From Octopus bimaculoides (lineage: Eukaryota): DNA of 64,000 nucleotides. Positions 1 to 11,556 of the stretch are shown piece by piece (the first letter of the stretch is position 1; every line of letters begins with the position of its first letter). A program made the position numbers and the translations under genes. Location of the stretch: assembly GCF_001194135.2 (NCBI RefSeq), contig NC_068995.1, positions 57,357,591-57,421,590 on the forward strand, given 5' to 3'. Below the pieces are notes generated by a model. It made no database searches. It was not told where the DNA came from and worked only from the letters and a program-made list of their open reading frames with translations.

Positions 1-39
<39 letters not shown>

Positions 40-494
40 AATTTATATATATATAAATTTACATGTGTGTGTGTGTCTCTCTCTCTCTCTCTCTGTCATC
101 GTCACTGTGACATTGATCAGGCTGGAAACTAAGGGAAGTAACTCTAATAGAAAATACCAAATAGATTTTCCTTCTCTCTCTCTCTCTCTTTTGTCATTCT
201 AATTTTTAAAAAATTCTATATATTTGTGACCTAGTAGAATATTATAATAAAAATTAAAATAAGTAACAAACAAGTATATTCTCATTATAGATTGTTTCTC
301 CGAAAATAAAAAATAATTTTTGGTATTAAATTCATTTATTTTGTTCTGTTTTATTTGCACTAAAATACATGACAGCCTGTTATATTCTTTAGTTAACGCA
401 TGTTGTGATGGATTAAATATATTGTCTTATTACTTGATCATAATCATTACTGTAATAAGAACGGTGTAGAGCCAGTTATTAGAGCTGCAGGTGA

Positions 495-625
495 AATAAA
501 ATACCTTCTTGCTAATTAATTATCTTGTTTTATGTTCCGAGTCGAAATCTAGCTGAAGGCGACTTTCTCTTTTTTTCCCTTTGGGATTGATAAAATTAAG
601 TACCAGTCATGTACTGTGGATGATT
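495..625 (+). mobile_element. SINE family B, degenerate
   Basis: B-box-like gtcgaaatc followed by ...ccctttgggattgataaaattaagtaccag, as in other family B copies. Confidence 0.65.
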
Positions 626-684
626 TTTTTTTTTTTAATTAATTGTTCATCCGTTTTCGAAGAGTGTATGTGTATATGTATATA

Positions 685-865
685 TCATCATCGTCATTTA
701 ACGTCCGCTTTCCATGCTGGCATGGATTAGACGGTTTGACTGGAACTAGTAAGCCAGAGAACTGCACCAGGTTCCAGTCTGGTTTGGCATGGCTTCTACG
801 GCTGGATGCCCTTCCAAATGCCCACCACTCCAAGAGCGTAATGAGTGCTTTTTACGTGCCACTGG

Positions 866-868
<3 letters not shown>
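685..868 (-). mobile_element. SINE family C 3' part ((GAT)n tail; GGAAGGGCATCCAGC-GTAGAA motif)
   Basis: tcatttaacgtccgctttccatgctggcatgg...ctggatgcccttcc; reverse-complement match to 21700-21892. Confidence 0.85.
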
Positions 869-909
<41 letters not shown>

Positions 910-949
910 CATACATATGATGGTGAGATGGATGGTGTATGTATATATT

Positions 950-1080
950 TTTCTTTTACTTGCTTCAATCATTGAGCTGCGGCCATGCTGGGGCACTGTC
1001 TTGAAAGGTTTAGTCGAAAGAATCGATCCCGGTCCCAGAACTTGCTTTTAAATCTGGGACTTTATCCTAACTGTTTCTTT
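950..1080 (-). mobile_element. SINE family A, 3' fragment
   Basis: cttttacttgcttcaatcatt...gcggccatgctggggcac matches the family A tails at 40759 and 32780. Confidence 0.75.
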
Positions 1081-1199
1081 TGCTTAATGATGCTGACCCT
1101 CTGACCGCAAGATCCAGTCGGTCATACACCTCTTTATGAATATTTTGTTTGAAACATACGGTGTTATCCACCTCCAAATAAATTCAGACACTTCCCACA

Positions 1200-1507
1200 C
1201 TATGGAAGCATTGGGTCCCTGAAGAATCTTACTGTCATGTGATGAAGTTACATGGCAAAGAAATGCACTTGGCTGTGGAGCTTGTCTTGCTAGTGACTTG
1301 GTGACCTCACTAGTGCTGTGCCGTGTAACAGGCATCCTTTACACTCAGTAAAATGGTTGATGTAAGTAAGGGACGGCAGCGATAGAAACCATCCCAAAGC
1401 TGACATTAGGGCTTGAGGTAGGCCTACAGCTCACCAGACTCTGTCAAACCATCCATCCCATGGCCACATGAAAAGAGAACATCAAATATTGATGAGGATG
1501 ATGATGT
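1200..1507 (+). mobile_element. SINE family C, degenerate
   Basis: gacttggtgacctcactagtgctg...gtcaaaccatccatcccatgg...(gat)n tail. Confidence 0.75.
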
Positions 1508-1672
1508 GAGACTGTGGCTGAGTATAAATCTTTCCAACAACCTGAAGTATTTCTAGCAGGACCCTCTACAACACTACATTCTTATACATTATAAAGGTAA
1601 ATGAAGCCCTAACAATACAATGCATTATGGGAGACATTCACTTATTTCTATATTGGCTTCATATTATTGGCT

Positions 1673-1904
1673 TTAACTCTTTAGCATTCAAGTTATTCTG
1701 TAAAACATAAATGCTTATTTATTCATATTGTATTGAATTAATCGTGGCTTAGTTCACAGCTTTAAGATTTCAATGATGTGTTTGTTTATTTTTAGAATGA
1801 CATTGTAGGTTAAGTGTAAGAGGCTGGATCTGGCCAGTTTGAACATAAAACATGTAGAATATTTAAGCTGGATACATGGTTGCTTTAAATGTTTGAAGGG
1901 TTAA
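1673..1904. mobile_element. piggyBac-like MITE (non-autonomous)
   Basis: TTAA at 1673-1676 and 1901-1904, with degenerate TIRs CTCTTTAGCATT... and ...AATGTTTGAAGGG. Confidence 0.6.
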
Positions 1905-2168
1905 AGGGTTCTTCATTGTAATATTTCCCGTTTGTACTACTTCATTCTTCAATATCTTCTTCTTTCACTTCAAATTAGCTTCCAACTTTCTACAGATCTC
2001 ACTGCTCCTTCCTATTGTTCCATCAGCGCTAACATATAGAAAGTTTGTTTAGAAGAATGATTATATATACATGTATGAAAATTAAAAATTATAGATTATT
2101 AGTTTTGTAATATAACCATCAGGGTGAATAAACAAACAAACAAAAAAAGAATGAAGTTGCTATTTGTT

Positions 2169-2203
<35 letters not shown>

Positions 2204-3329
2204 TGTACCTTCTCTTACAAATATCTAATTTGATATTTCCAACTTATTTTCATTGGGGTAGGACTTCATTCCTCTACCCACCACCATCTCGGCCTCTCTG
2301 ATATAAATGAATAATAAAATAAAATAGTTCAGACTAATGAAGTGGTTTTAACATAGTTAATACTTTATTGTGTTGGTAGGCAGTATCTTCTGATCAATGA
2401 CTTTTAATCTAACAGTGAGACTTTCTTTCTTTCTGTCTTTTCTTTGTCTATTGATTTTTTATTGTATCCTAAATTGTGAATATATTATAATAGAATGTGT
2501 TTGATCAGCAAGTTTTGGTGCCACAATGTCCGTCTGTAGTTGGGATAGCTGGAGATTTTTGTAAAAGTATTAAAATGGTGTACTGGAAAAGAAAGGAAGT
2601 ATACAGGAAAATAAAACAAACAAACAAACAACAAAACAAATCTTAAGTTAACTGAGCAATATTTGATTAATTTACTTTCTTTCTTTCCTTCCTCTCATTC
2701 TCTCCTTCTTTTTATTTCATTCCCTATCTATATTATACCGAGTCATTTTCTTTGTCTTATATATATATATATATATATAGATAGATAGATAGATAGATAC
2801 ATACATACATACATACATGTGTGTGTCTTTGTTTCTAATATCATTCTTGGAATTTGAAAGAAAACTCCTTGGACAAGAAAGAATTTTTCACTTCCATATA
2901 AACTCCTTGAGTCTTTGTTCTCTTCAAAGTTATGGTTATTTAAAATTTTTCATGGAAAAATATTTGTTTAATTTATTCAAAATATTAGAAATGAAGTGTG
3001 TGTGTGTGTGTGTGCGCATGTATTTTATAACTAGTTTTATCTTGAGAAATCATCCAAACAATTTTACAGATCTCTAAATAAAATCAACTTCCTAATTAAT
3101 CACTTCAAAATTTAAAGATCAGAGAAGTTTTTTTTTTTTATTTTTCAAATATTTTTAAGAAACAAGCAATGAAATTAAGTCTTGGTGCTTTTTAATTTAA
3201 TGGAATTGAAACAGGAAGAAAAAATTCCAAATTTTGGAATGAATTTTAATTTTTTTTTGTTTTATTTAGTTTTGTTTTGATAGCTTACTAATTAAACTAA
3301 GTTTTGTACCTTCATTATTATTATTATTA

Positions 3330-3525
3330 AGGGGGCTGGCGGAATCCTTAGCACACTGGGTAAAATACACAGCTGTGTTTCATCTGCCTTAACGTTCTGA
3401 GTTCATATTCTATCAAGGTCAACTTTGCTTTTCATCCTTTGAGGGTCAATAAATTAGTACGATATAGTCAACTAGTCCCTTCCCCAAAATTTCAAGCCTT
3501 GTGCCTATAGTGGAAAGGATTATTG
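3330..3525 (+). mobile_element. SINE family B (tRNA head, central TTTCATCCTTT..GGGTC.ATAA domain, (ATT)n tail)
   Basis: gctggcggaatccttagcac...gttctgagttcatattc...ggtcaactttgcttttcatcctttgagggtcaataaatt. The central domain resembles the Meta/MESC SINE domain from memory. Confidence 0.85.
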
Positions 3526-4059
3526 TTGTTGTTGTTGGGATTAACTCCTTCGATTATTTGTCATTTCCACTGGATTTTAAAATACAGTTTATATCAAATT
3601 AAAGAGAATGTGCTCACAAACACACACACACACACACACAAACTTTCACTTTCCAGCACTTTGCATGCTTTTGCTTGTACCCAGGGGGTTTGTGTCGAGT
3701 CAAATTAATGTTTTTTTTTTAATTTAGTGTTTTTGAAACATTTTTTTTTTTTTGTTGGTGTTGAAAGTAATTCCCATGACAGATACTTTTTCTTCAAGCT
3801 TATTATGCGTGTCTTCTCATTCTAAATATTCTTTTAAGAATCATAAATCTAGTAGTACCCCAATCCACCTAATTCTGGCTAATATTATCAAACATTTACA
3901 CAGAGGATACCCCATTCACAATAGGGTACCGTGTGTAACATGTGACACACTCTACAAGTATCTCCTAGACACGTATTCCAATAATCCAAATATCCCAAAG
4001 TCTATTTGGTATTGATGACTGAAGATGGTTTCCAAGCTTTGTTGTTGTTGTTGTTGTTG

Positions 4060-4099
<40 letters not shown>

Positions 4100-4266
4100 A
4101 AGTATTATTTTGCCTATTTGACATTGCCTTTTTTTTTTTGTTTTTTGCATATTCTCTTTATGTTCCATCATGTGTTGTCCTGATTTTTTGCTTTATCCAT
4201 ATTTTGCTCACCATTCAGCCTTTCTCATCTTCAGTCTAACTTAGTGTTGTGTCCCCTACTCCACAG

Positions 4267-4344
4267 GGCTGGACAAATCCACTGGTGGGATGCCTAGGAC
4301 TGCCCTAAAGGACCAGGGTGAACTTTCATTTTATAGTAGCTCAG
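4267..4344 (+). CDS. Candidate cassette exon, copy 1 of a duplicated pair; phase 1 to 1, xLDKSTGGMPRTALKDQGELSFYSSS(G)
   Basis: Branch-like CTAAC at 4236, acceptor tcccctactccacag, 78 nt, donor CAG|gttagt. Only phase 1 is stop-free. Paralogous to 13039-13131. Confidence 0.55.
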
Positions 4345-4456
4345 GTTAGTGGCCAACGATTTCTAATCCCACTTCTCACTGTTTCCCACCCAATTCGTAG
4401 TACGTTCTTACTACATTGGTTGCTTAACAGCTGCACAGTTTATATATATATGTATA

Positions 4457-4506
<50 letters not shown>

Positions 4507-5219
4507 CTTTTTTTTTTAATGTTTGATCTAGGTTTTTTTTTACATATCTACATGCAAAAACACATGCACTTATAAAATTATATACATATAAATGTGTGTG
4601 TGTGTGTGTATACACACACACACATGTACATACAAACAGATTTTGTTCAACTGCGACTGTTCTCAACTGAATTCAACATGCCTGCGAATTTACTTTCATA
4701 CTATTACAAATATTTATATATTGTGCTTATAAATACTTGCATGTATCCCAATGTACATGCGTCACACACACACAAACGCACACATACAATGCAAACATTG
4801 AACATTTCAGAAAAAAGAAAGAATAATGTTGGTTGTAAGCTTTGCTTTGTTTGTGTGACTTTATATCTGTTTTATGTTTGTTCTGTTTGTTTTTTTTTCA
4901 TTTTTTTTTTTTGTGCGTGTGTGTTTTTATTTTTCATTTTACTGTTGATTGCCTTTTTTTTGTTTCTTTTGCTTCAGAGTTTTATGATTACCTTTATTAT
5001 TGCTATTGTTGTTGTTGTTTCTCAATCCTGTCTCTCCTGTAAAGCATGTAATCTAAACTGAAGAATCAATATGAAGTCTGGAGGACGTCGAGCAGGGAAG
5101 GGAGGGCTGGGAGTGGGAGCAGAAGACGGTTTAACGTTTTTTGTTTTTTTTTGCTTTTTGTCTTTTTTTTTGTTCCGGTTCTGTTTGACTTTCGATGATG
5201 GACAGATGTACGTTTTCAG

Positions 5220-5309
5220 ATATATTTGAAGGCAGATCCTCTTTGCTGTTGTCTTCACTCTTTATACGCAACAAAATGCCCGAGACCAAACTTGAAATAA
5301 TGCAGATGT
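5220..5309 (+). CDS. Candidate exon, (D)[29 protein letters not shown]
   Basis: Acceptor gttttcag and an open phase-1 frame; the donor (gtgtct or gtgtgt) is weak. Confidence 0.2.
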
Positions 5310-5410
5310 GTGTCTTTCTCAGTCATATGTGCTCTATATGTTTGAGATGTGTGCGTGTGCATGTGCGTGTGTGAGTGCATATGTATATATATGTATGTAT
5401 GTATACATGC

Positions 5411-5442
<32 letters not shown>

Positions 5443-5455
5443 ACATGCATATATT

Positions 5456-5498
<43 letters not shown>

Positions 5499-5529
5499 AT
5501 GAAAATATACATGTGTACATATATATATA

Positions 5530-5586
<57 letters not shown>

Positions 5587-5880
5587 TGGACCACATCCTA
5601 AATAAATACCATCCAGCCTATATGTGAAGACTTGTTCTCCAAATGCTACAAACACTGGTGCTGCTGTTGCTGCAGCTACTACTACTACTACTACTACTAC
5701 TACACAATCAAATCTGCTGAAACCCACTTGTGGTAGTTGTATCTGCCTCTCTCTTTTCCTCATTTCCATCCCACCCTCTCCTAACTTCTGCAGAAAACAC
5801 CTTACCTCTTACCCATCAATAGCTTTTTCCACCTTGAGGACTCTCTCTCTCTCTCTTCGTTATCCGTGTTTTTCCTACAG

Positions 5881-5960
5881 GCATCAATCTACCAAAGTTC
5901 AAGCTGTGCACTGACCACATCAACTTCAAAACAGTGGGACTGGACAGGGTTTGGGCTTGA
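5881..5960 (+). CDS. Candidate terminal exon, (G)INLPKFKLCTDHINFKTVGLDRVWA* in phase 1; protein not identified
   Basis: Strong acceptor ctcttcgttatccgtgtttttcctacag, non-repetitive sequence, then T-rich UTR-like DNA. The frame is ambiguous: phase 0 is also open and phase 2 stops after 10 codons. Confidence 0.35.
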
Positions 5961-6738
5961 AGCATTGGGACCTCCTCAAAAACGAAGAAGAAAAATACTT
6001 TTATCACACATTTTTTTGCTTTTTACCAATTTTTGTATTTCAGACATATATAGATATTTATTCCTGAAGGTGTGTTTTTTTAGAAATCTGAGTGAATTTG
6101 GGTTTTTTTTTCTTACCTTGTTGTTGCTTCTCATATCCGTACATGTATTATTTAATCTGTGTGTGCTGATGTAATTTGTATATATATTTTATATCTATTT
6201 ATATATCCTGCCATTTTAATCCTCTCCTGTTTTATTTATTTGTTTGTCGGGTTGTTTTTGTTTTTTTTTTTTAATGGTTATATGGTCACCTGCAAAAGTT
6301 AATTAGCGAGGAGCATTATTGCCAATCTGTTGTAGTTCCTTCTTCTTTTACCTGTCTATTGTGTCATGACTGGATCACATGTCTTTCGTTGCATTATCAT
6401 CTACCATCATCTACAAACACTTGCACCAAGCAGTATCATGTTAATACTAACCCAAACAATTTACTGCCCCCTCCCCCAAGCAATACATCTTTGCTACATT
6501 TTTTTTTTCAGTCCTTATTTGATCATTAGCCATTAGTGGTGTGGTGTGTATTCATACTTAATTTCTCTGATACAATCTCTATGATCTAATCAGATATTCC
6601 GAGAATTTCTATATCAAATTTTTACCTTTAATTCGAAAGACATCTTTTCTCATCTAAAGGTTAAAATAAAGGAATGGAATTCTGAAATAAGATGCGAAAC
6701 TTAATGAAAATTATATTTATACTGACATTCAATGTTCA

Positions 6739-6773
<35 letters not shown>

Positions 6774-6999
6774 NNNNNNNNNNNNNNNNNNNNNNNNNNN
6801 NNNNNNNNNNNNNNNNNNNNNNNNNNNNNNNNNNNNNNNNNNNNNNNNNNNNNNNNNNNNNNNNNNNNNNNNNNNNNNNNNNNNNNNNNNNNNNNNNNNN
6901 NNNNNNNNNNNNNNNNNNNNNNNNNNNNNNNNNNNNNNNNNNNNNNNNNNNNNNNNNNNNNNNNNNNNNNNNNNNNNNNNNNNNNNNNNNNNNNNNNNN

Positions 7000-7215
7000 T
7001 ATATATATAGGAAGAATTCACAAAAAAACAAACGATGAAGACAGGTGGTGTAGAAAACAAACAGATGTATTAGTTTAATGCTTGGGAAGTGAAAAAGTCT
7101 TTTAACATTTCGAGCCTACGCTCTTCCACAGAAAGGAACACAAAAAGAAACAAGGAGAGAAAAAAAAAAGAATGTGTAGTGGCTAGTGATCTATCATGGC
7201 CAATGCCGGACAGAA
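7000..7215 (-). mobile_element. Penelope-like element terminal fragment with hammerhead-like motif
   Basis: The minus strand reads CTGTGGAAGAGCGTAGGCTCGAAATGTTAAAAGAC...ACTAATACATCTGTTTGTT; homologous to 21935-22070. Confidence 0.5.
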
Positions 7216-7227
7216 GGGTCATACAGG

Positions 7228-7542
7228 AGAACTAAGCTGCTAAGCTATGGAGACGTAAACAAGCCAGCACTGGTGATCAAGCAATGGTGGGATAACAAGA
7301 AACACACAGACGCATTCACATACACACACACTTCGTGCCACAATGAACAACGGACATTAAATGAGGAGGATACACACAGGCATACATACACACATACATA
7401 CATATACACAGACAACTGTCTTCTACAAAGCAATGGTCAGCTCAGGGCTATAGTAGAAGACACTTGCCCAAGGTGCTGCACAGTGGGACTGAACCTGAAG
7501 CCATGTGGCTGCAAGGCAAGCTTCTTAACCACGCAGCCATGC
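7228..7542 (-). mobile_element. SINE family A (CORE-like)
   Basis: tagtagaagacacttgcccaaggtg...gactgaacc...gcagccatgc. Confidence 0.85.
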
Positions 7543-8754
7543 TGAAAAGGCGGAATGGTAAGGGCAAGCCACATAGACGAGCCGTGTCCTCTCCATCTCT
7601 TCCTGCCACATATCCTGCAGCATTGTCGATGTTCGAATTGATTCAGAGTGTGTGTGTTACTGGGTTCAGTGGAGTGGCCACCTAATATTTTAGTGTTTTG
7701 TCATCTTTGGTAATTAATGGTGGGACCTTAATGAATTAGCTGGAAGATATGTTATTGAACGTCTTAGAGTGACACTTCTCTTATATACACAAGTGTATAC
7801 ATATATATGTGTATATTTACATATGTATATTTGTATATGTGTATGTATATATATATATATATATATTTTTATTTATACATATATACACACACACGTATAC
7901 TCAGATCTTTGTTTATATGTATGTGTGTGTGTGTGTGTGTATATAAAGTATATGTTTATTTATATGTGTGTATATATATACCTATATATATATATATATC
8001 AACAGAACAAAATCAATATAATTAAATTTATTATTCATAGATTTCAAGTTATTAAATAGTATTTTGGACATTAATTGTAAATAGATAAATTCAAAATGAT
8101 AATCGTATGAGTTTACTGTTGTGCTTTTCTTTTGGTTGGGCTTGTGTCATTGTTGTTACTGTTGTTGGTGTTTTTTTTTAATTCTAAATATTTTAGACCA
8201 ATGTCTCTGGAATTAGGGGTTGTTCTGAATTGTTTTGGTGTGTGAAGTTACACATACACACACACTATCTCTCTCTCTCTCTTTCTCTCTCCTTTGCACC
8301 CCCCCCTACACACACAAACAATGAATCTTTTAATTCAATAAACAAGTGGTTCTCCTTTATTGACACAATAATTGAGAATGTATTGACAGAGTTGGGACAT
8401 AAATGGAGCAAGCATTAATCTATACAACTTCTATAATTACAATCTATGCATTTCATTCTCCTTTTCCCCCTACCTCACTACTCATAACTCCCACTTCACC
8501 TCCCTTCTGTGTGTGTGTGTGCGCACGTGTGTGTGTATTGGTTAGTGCCTGTCAATGAGCTGATTTCAGTTTGTAATTATAGACATAAAACCTAGATTAA
8601 TCACACTTGAAGAAAGAGTTGTCCAGGCTAAAATTTTCATTCTCTACTTGTAGAACTTATATTGCTGATGACATTGATGATGATGATAATAGGCCTTTCT
8701 GCTATAGAGATTTTGAGGAAGGGGGTTGGTTGCTTACATCAACTGTGATGCTCA

Positions 8755-8898
8755 ACCAGTTATTTAATATATTGATCCCAAAGGGATGAATGGCAAAGTT
8801 GACCTCAGTGGAATTTGAACTCAGAATGTAAAAAGGCAGACAAAATACCACTAAGCATTTTGTCCAGTCGCCTAATCAATCTGCCAGTTCACCACCTC
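8755..8898 (-). mobile_element. SINE family B
   Basis: gggatgaatggcaaagttgacctcagtggaatttgaactcagaatg...ctgccagttcaccacc. Confidence 0.85.
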
Positions 8899-8920
8899 AA
8901 TAATAATAATAATAATAATA

Positions 8921-9128
8921 ATCCTTTCTACTATAGGCACAAGTCCTGAAATTTTGGGGGAAGGGACGAGTCGTTTAGATCAACCCCAGTATGCAACTCG
9001 TACTTAATTTATTAACCCCAAAAGGATGAAAGGCAAAGCTGACCTCGGTGGCATGTGAACCCTGAATGTAAAGATGGACAAAATGCCACCAAGCATTTTG
9101 CCCAACGTGCTAACAATTCTGCCAGCTT
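8921..9128 (-). mobile_element. SINE family B, near full length
   Basis: atcctttctactataggcacaag...ggatgaaaggcaaagctgacctc...tgctaacaattctgccagct. Confidence 0.85.
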
Positions 9129-9169
9129 TGTTGCTTTGATCTAGTGACTCATTAATCGCTGCTGTTGAT

Positions 9170-9380
9170 TGGGTTGTTTTATTTGCCCTTGGAAGAACAA
9201 CAAGGCAGAGCTGACCTCAGCAGGATTCAAACTCAGAATGCAAAAAGGTAATAACTAAAAACTACATGGTATTTTTATTGAATTGAGCCCCAATATATGA
9301 CTGGTACTCATTGTTTTGATCCTAAAAGAGTTGGATGAAAAGCAAAGACTAAAGCTTACCAGAGTGAGGTTTGAACTTAG
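9170..9380 (-). mobile_element. SINE family B fragments
   Basis: ggcagagctgacctcagcaggattcaaactcagaatg and actggtactcatt...ggatgaaaagcaaag. Confidence 0.6.
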
Positions 9381-9469
9381 AGAAAGAGAGAGATGGAAGT
9401 AAATATAATAAAAAGCATTTAGTCTCGTTGTGTGCCATTCCTGTCCCATCAGCATCCCTAAAAATGATT

Positions 9470-9630
9470 AGAGGAGACATCTTTGGTATTAGGAAGGGCA
9501 TCCAGCTGTGGAAGAGGTCAAAAGTGGACACTGGAGATTGATGCAGCCCCCTTCTTCTTTGGATCCTCTCAAACCATCAAACACTTACCAACATGGAACT
9601 GGATATTAAATGATGTTAACAAAGGTTATG
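9470..9630 (+). mobile_element. SINE family C 3' part
   Basis: ttaggaagggcatccagctgt...tcaaaccatcaaacac...attaaatgatg. Confidence 0.75.
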
Positions 9631-10063
9631 ATGAGTTTACTGCATTAAAAAATTTAGAGAGAAGTTCCCTGGACTGAACCACTCATACCACTGGTATTTA
9701 TTGGCCCCTGGAGGACTGAAAGGTGAAGTCAAGTTTTATATGATACGAAACCCTCCACCACCATAGGGAATAGTCAGTGAGGTCCTTCTTTGTAGATAGA
9801 TACATTAATGTATTTAAGCATCGGCGTGTATCTGCACACATCCTTTTATGTGGTTATGTGTGTGATGGAAGTGGCTGGGGTCCTTAGAAGGACAACATTC
9901 CTCTATTTCTTGGTTCTGTGGTGAAGAGAGATGCTTCATAACAGCTAATTCCCCCCCTACCTCCCCAATCCTCACTTCACACACCTTGGCATACATGCCC
10001 CTTGTTCCTGAAACACATTTCAATCATCGTTATGTTTGCATCTCTCTCTCTCTCTCTCTCTCC

Positions 10064-10100
<37 letters not shown>

Positions 10101-10583
10101 CAAAAATAAGAGGAATGACCAGCAAAAGTGGACTCCCATATGCTAGAAATAGATGCCGAATCATCTAACCACGAAGAAATATGTTCTCAGTAAAAAATTA
10201 GCGACACAACAGACTGTAAAAGAGCAAGACAAATGAAAAAAATACTAAAAAAAGCATATTTACCGAGATGCAATTCGAAATTCCCGCCACTTACATAGGG
10301 AAATAGCGATGAACAGTTTTCTATAGACTATATTGGATACACGATGTTCGTTTGGTATGTTGATTCTCTGTTTACTGCTATTTTTCTTGACCATATTATA
10401 CTGACGAGTAGAGGTTGTATAATACTACAATAACTACAAAATCATGATCTATAATTTAATCTGTTTTTAAGGGGTTGGCTTTGAGAGTTGCATTTCCTCG
10501 CGTTCGGTAAAAATGTACTTTTTATGGTAGTCTGACCTTAGAGTCCCTCATAGCATGAGGCATTATCGTATAGTAATGCCCTA

Positions 10584-10634
<51 letters not shown>

Positions 10635-11260
10635 TACACACACATACCTTTTTATATCTTTATATAAATGTATGGAGGTGCAATGTATGCACACATACAC
10701 ATGCAGTTGTTTCCATAAGAAGACAAAATACTAAGACGCACATACTCCATTGCTTCACTGTATTTCTTGAAGCCTGAAGCCTGTCCACCAATATTCCTTC
10801 TCCATTTATTGTGCTGGCCATTTCTACTCTGTGACTTGCCCTTTCTGCTAGAAGCAAAAATGGCTTTCCTTATATTTAGCAATCTACTGGCTTCCACCCA
10901 AGAGAAGTGCCTCTCCTCCTCCTCCTGCTTTTTCTTTCAGCAATCCACCCATACCATCTCCACCTTTAGTAACATTCTCAGTGACAGCTGTAGTTTTCTT
11001 TCAACAAACAGCTATTGCATTGCTTTGCTGCAGTTGAGTAGCTTTCAAAATGAGCATTAGTTCATCTTTTTAGATGTTCCACTTGTGTCTGTTTTACTTC
11101 TGCAAGGTTGTATGTTATGGTTTTATGTTTAATGTTTGCAGTTCTAATGTGTAAGTAAAATGGAAATAGCTGCATGTGTGTGTGTGTGGTGTATGCATTA
11201 AAAAGTGTGCTTACATGTATGTGTATGGTGTATATATATATATATATGTGTGTGTATATA

Positions 11261-11302
<42 letters not shown>

Positions 11303-11322
11303 CATATGTATGTGCATGTTTA

Positions 11323-11388
<66 letters not shown>

Positions 11389-11519
11389 CTCAAACGGACA
11401 CATGTAGATACATTCACACATATATGTATGTTTATGCAAATGCTAAAGTTCTATAGATTACTTATGTTTTGGCACATGTTTTATTGCAAGACTTGATATT
11501 AACTCTGCTAGAAACTTAC

Positions 11520-11556
<37 letters not shown>

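Noticed and set aside
10652-11060. Purine-rich minus-strand ORFs, possible LINE relic
   Set aside because: No endonuclease or RT motif that I can identify.
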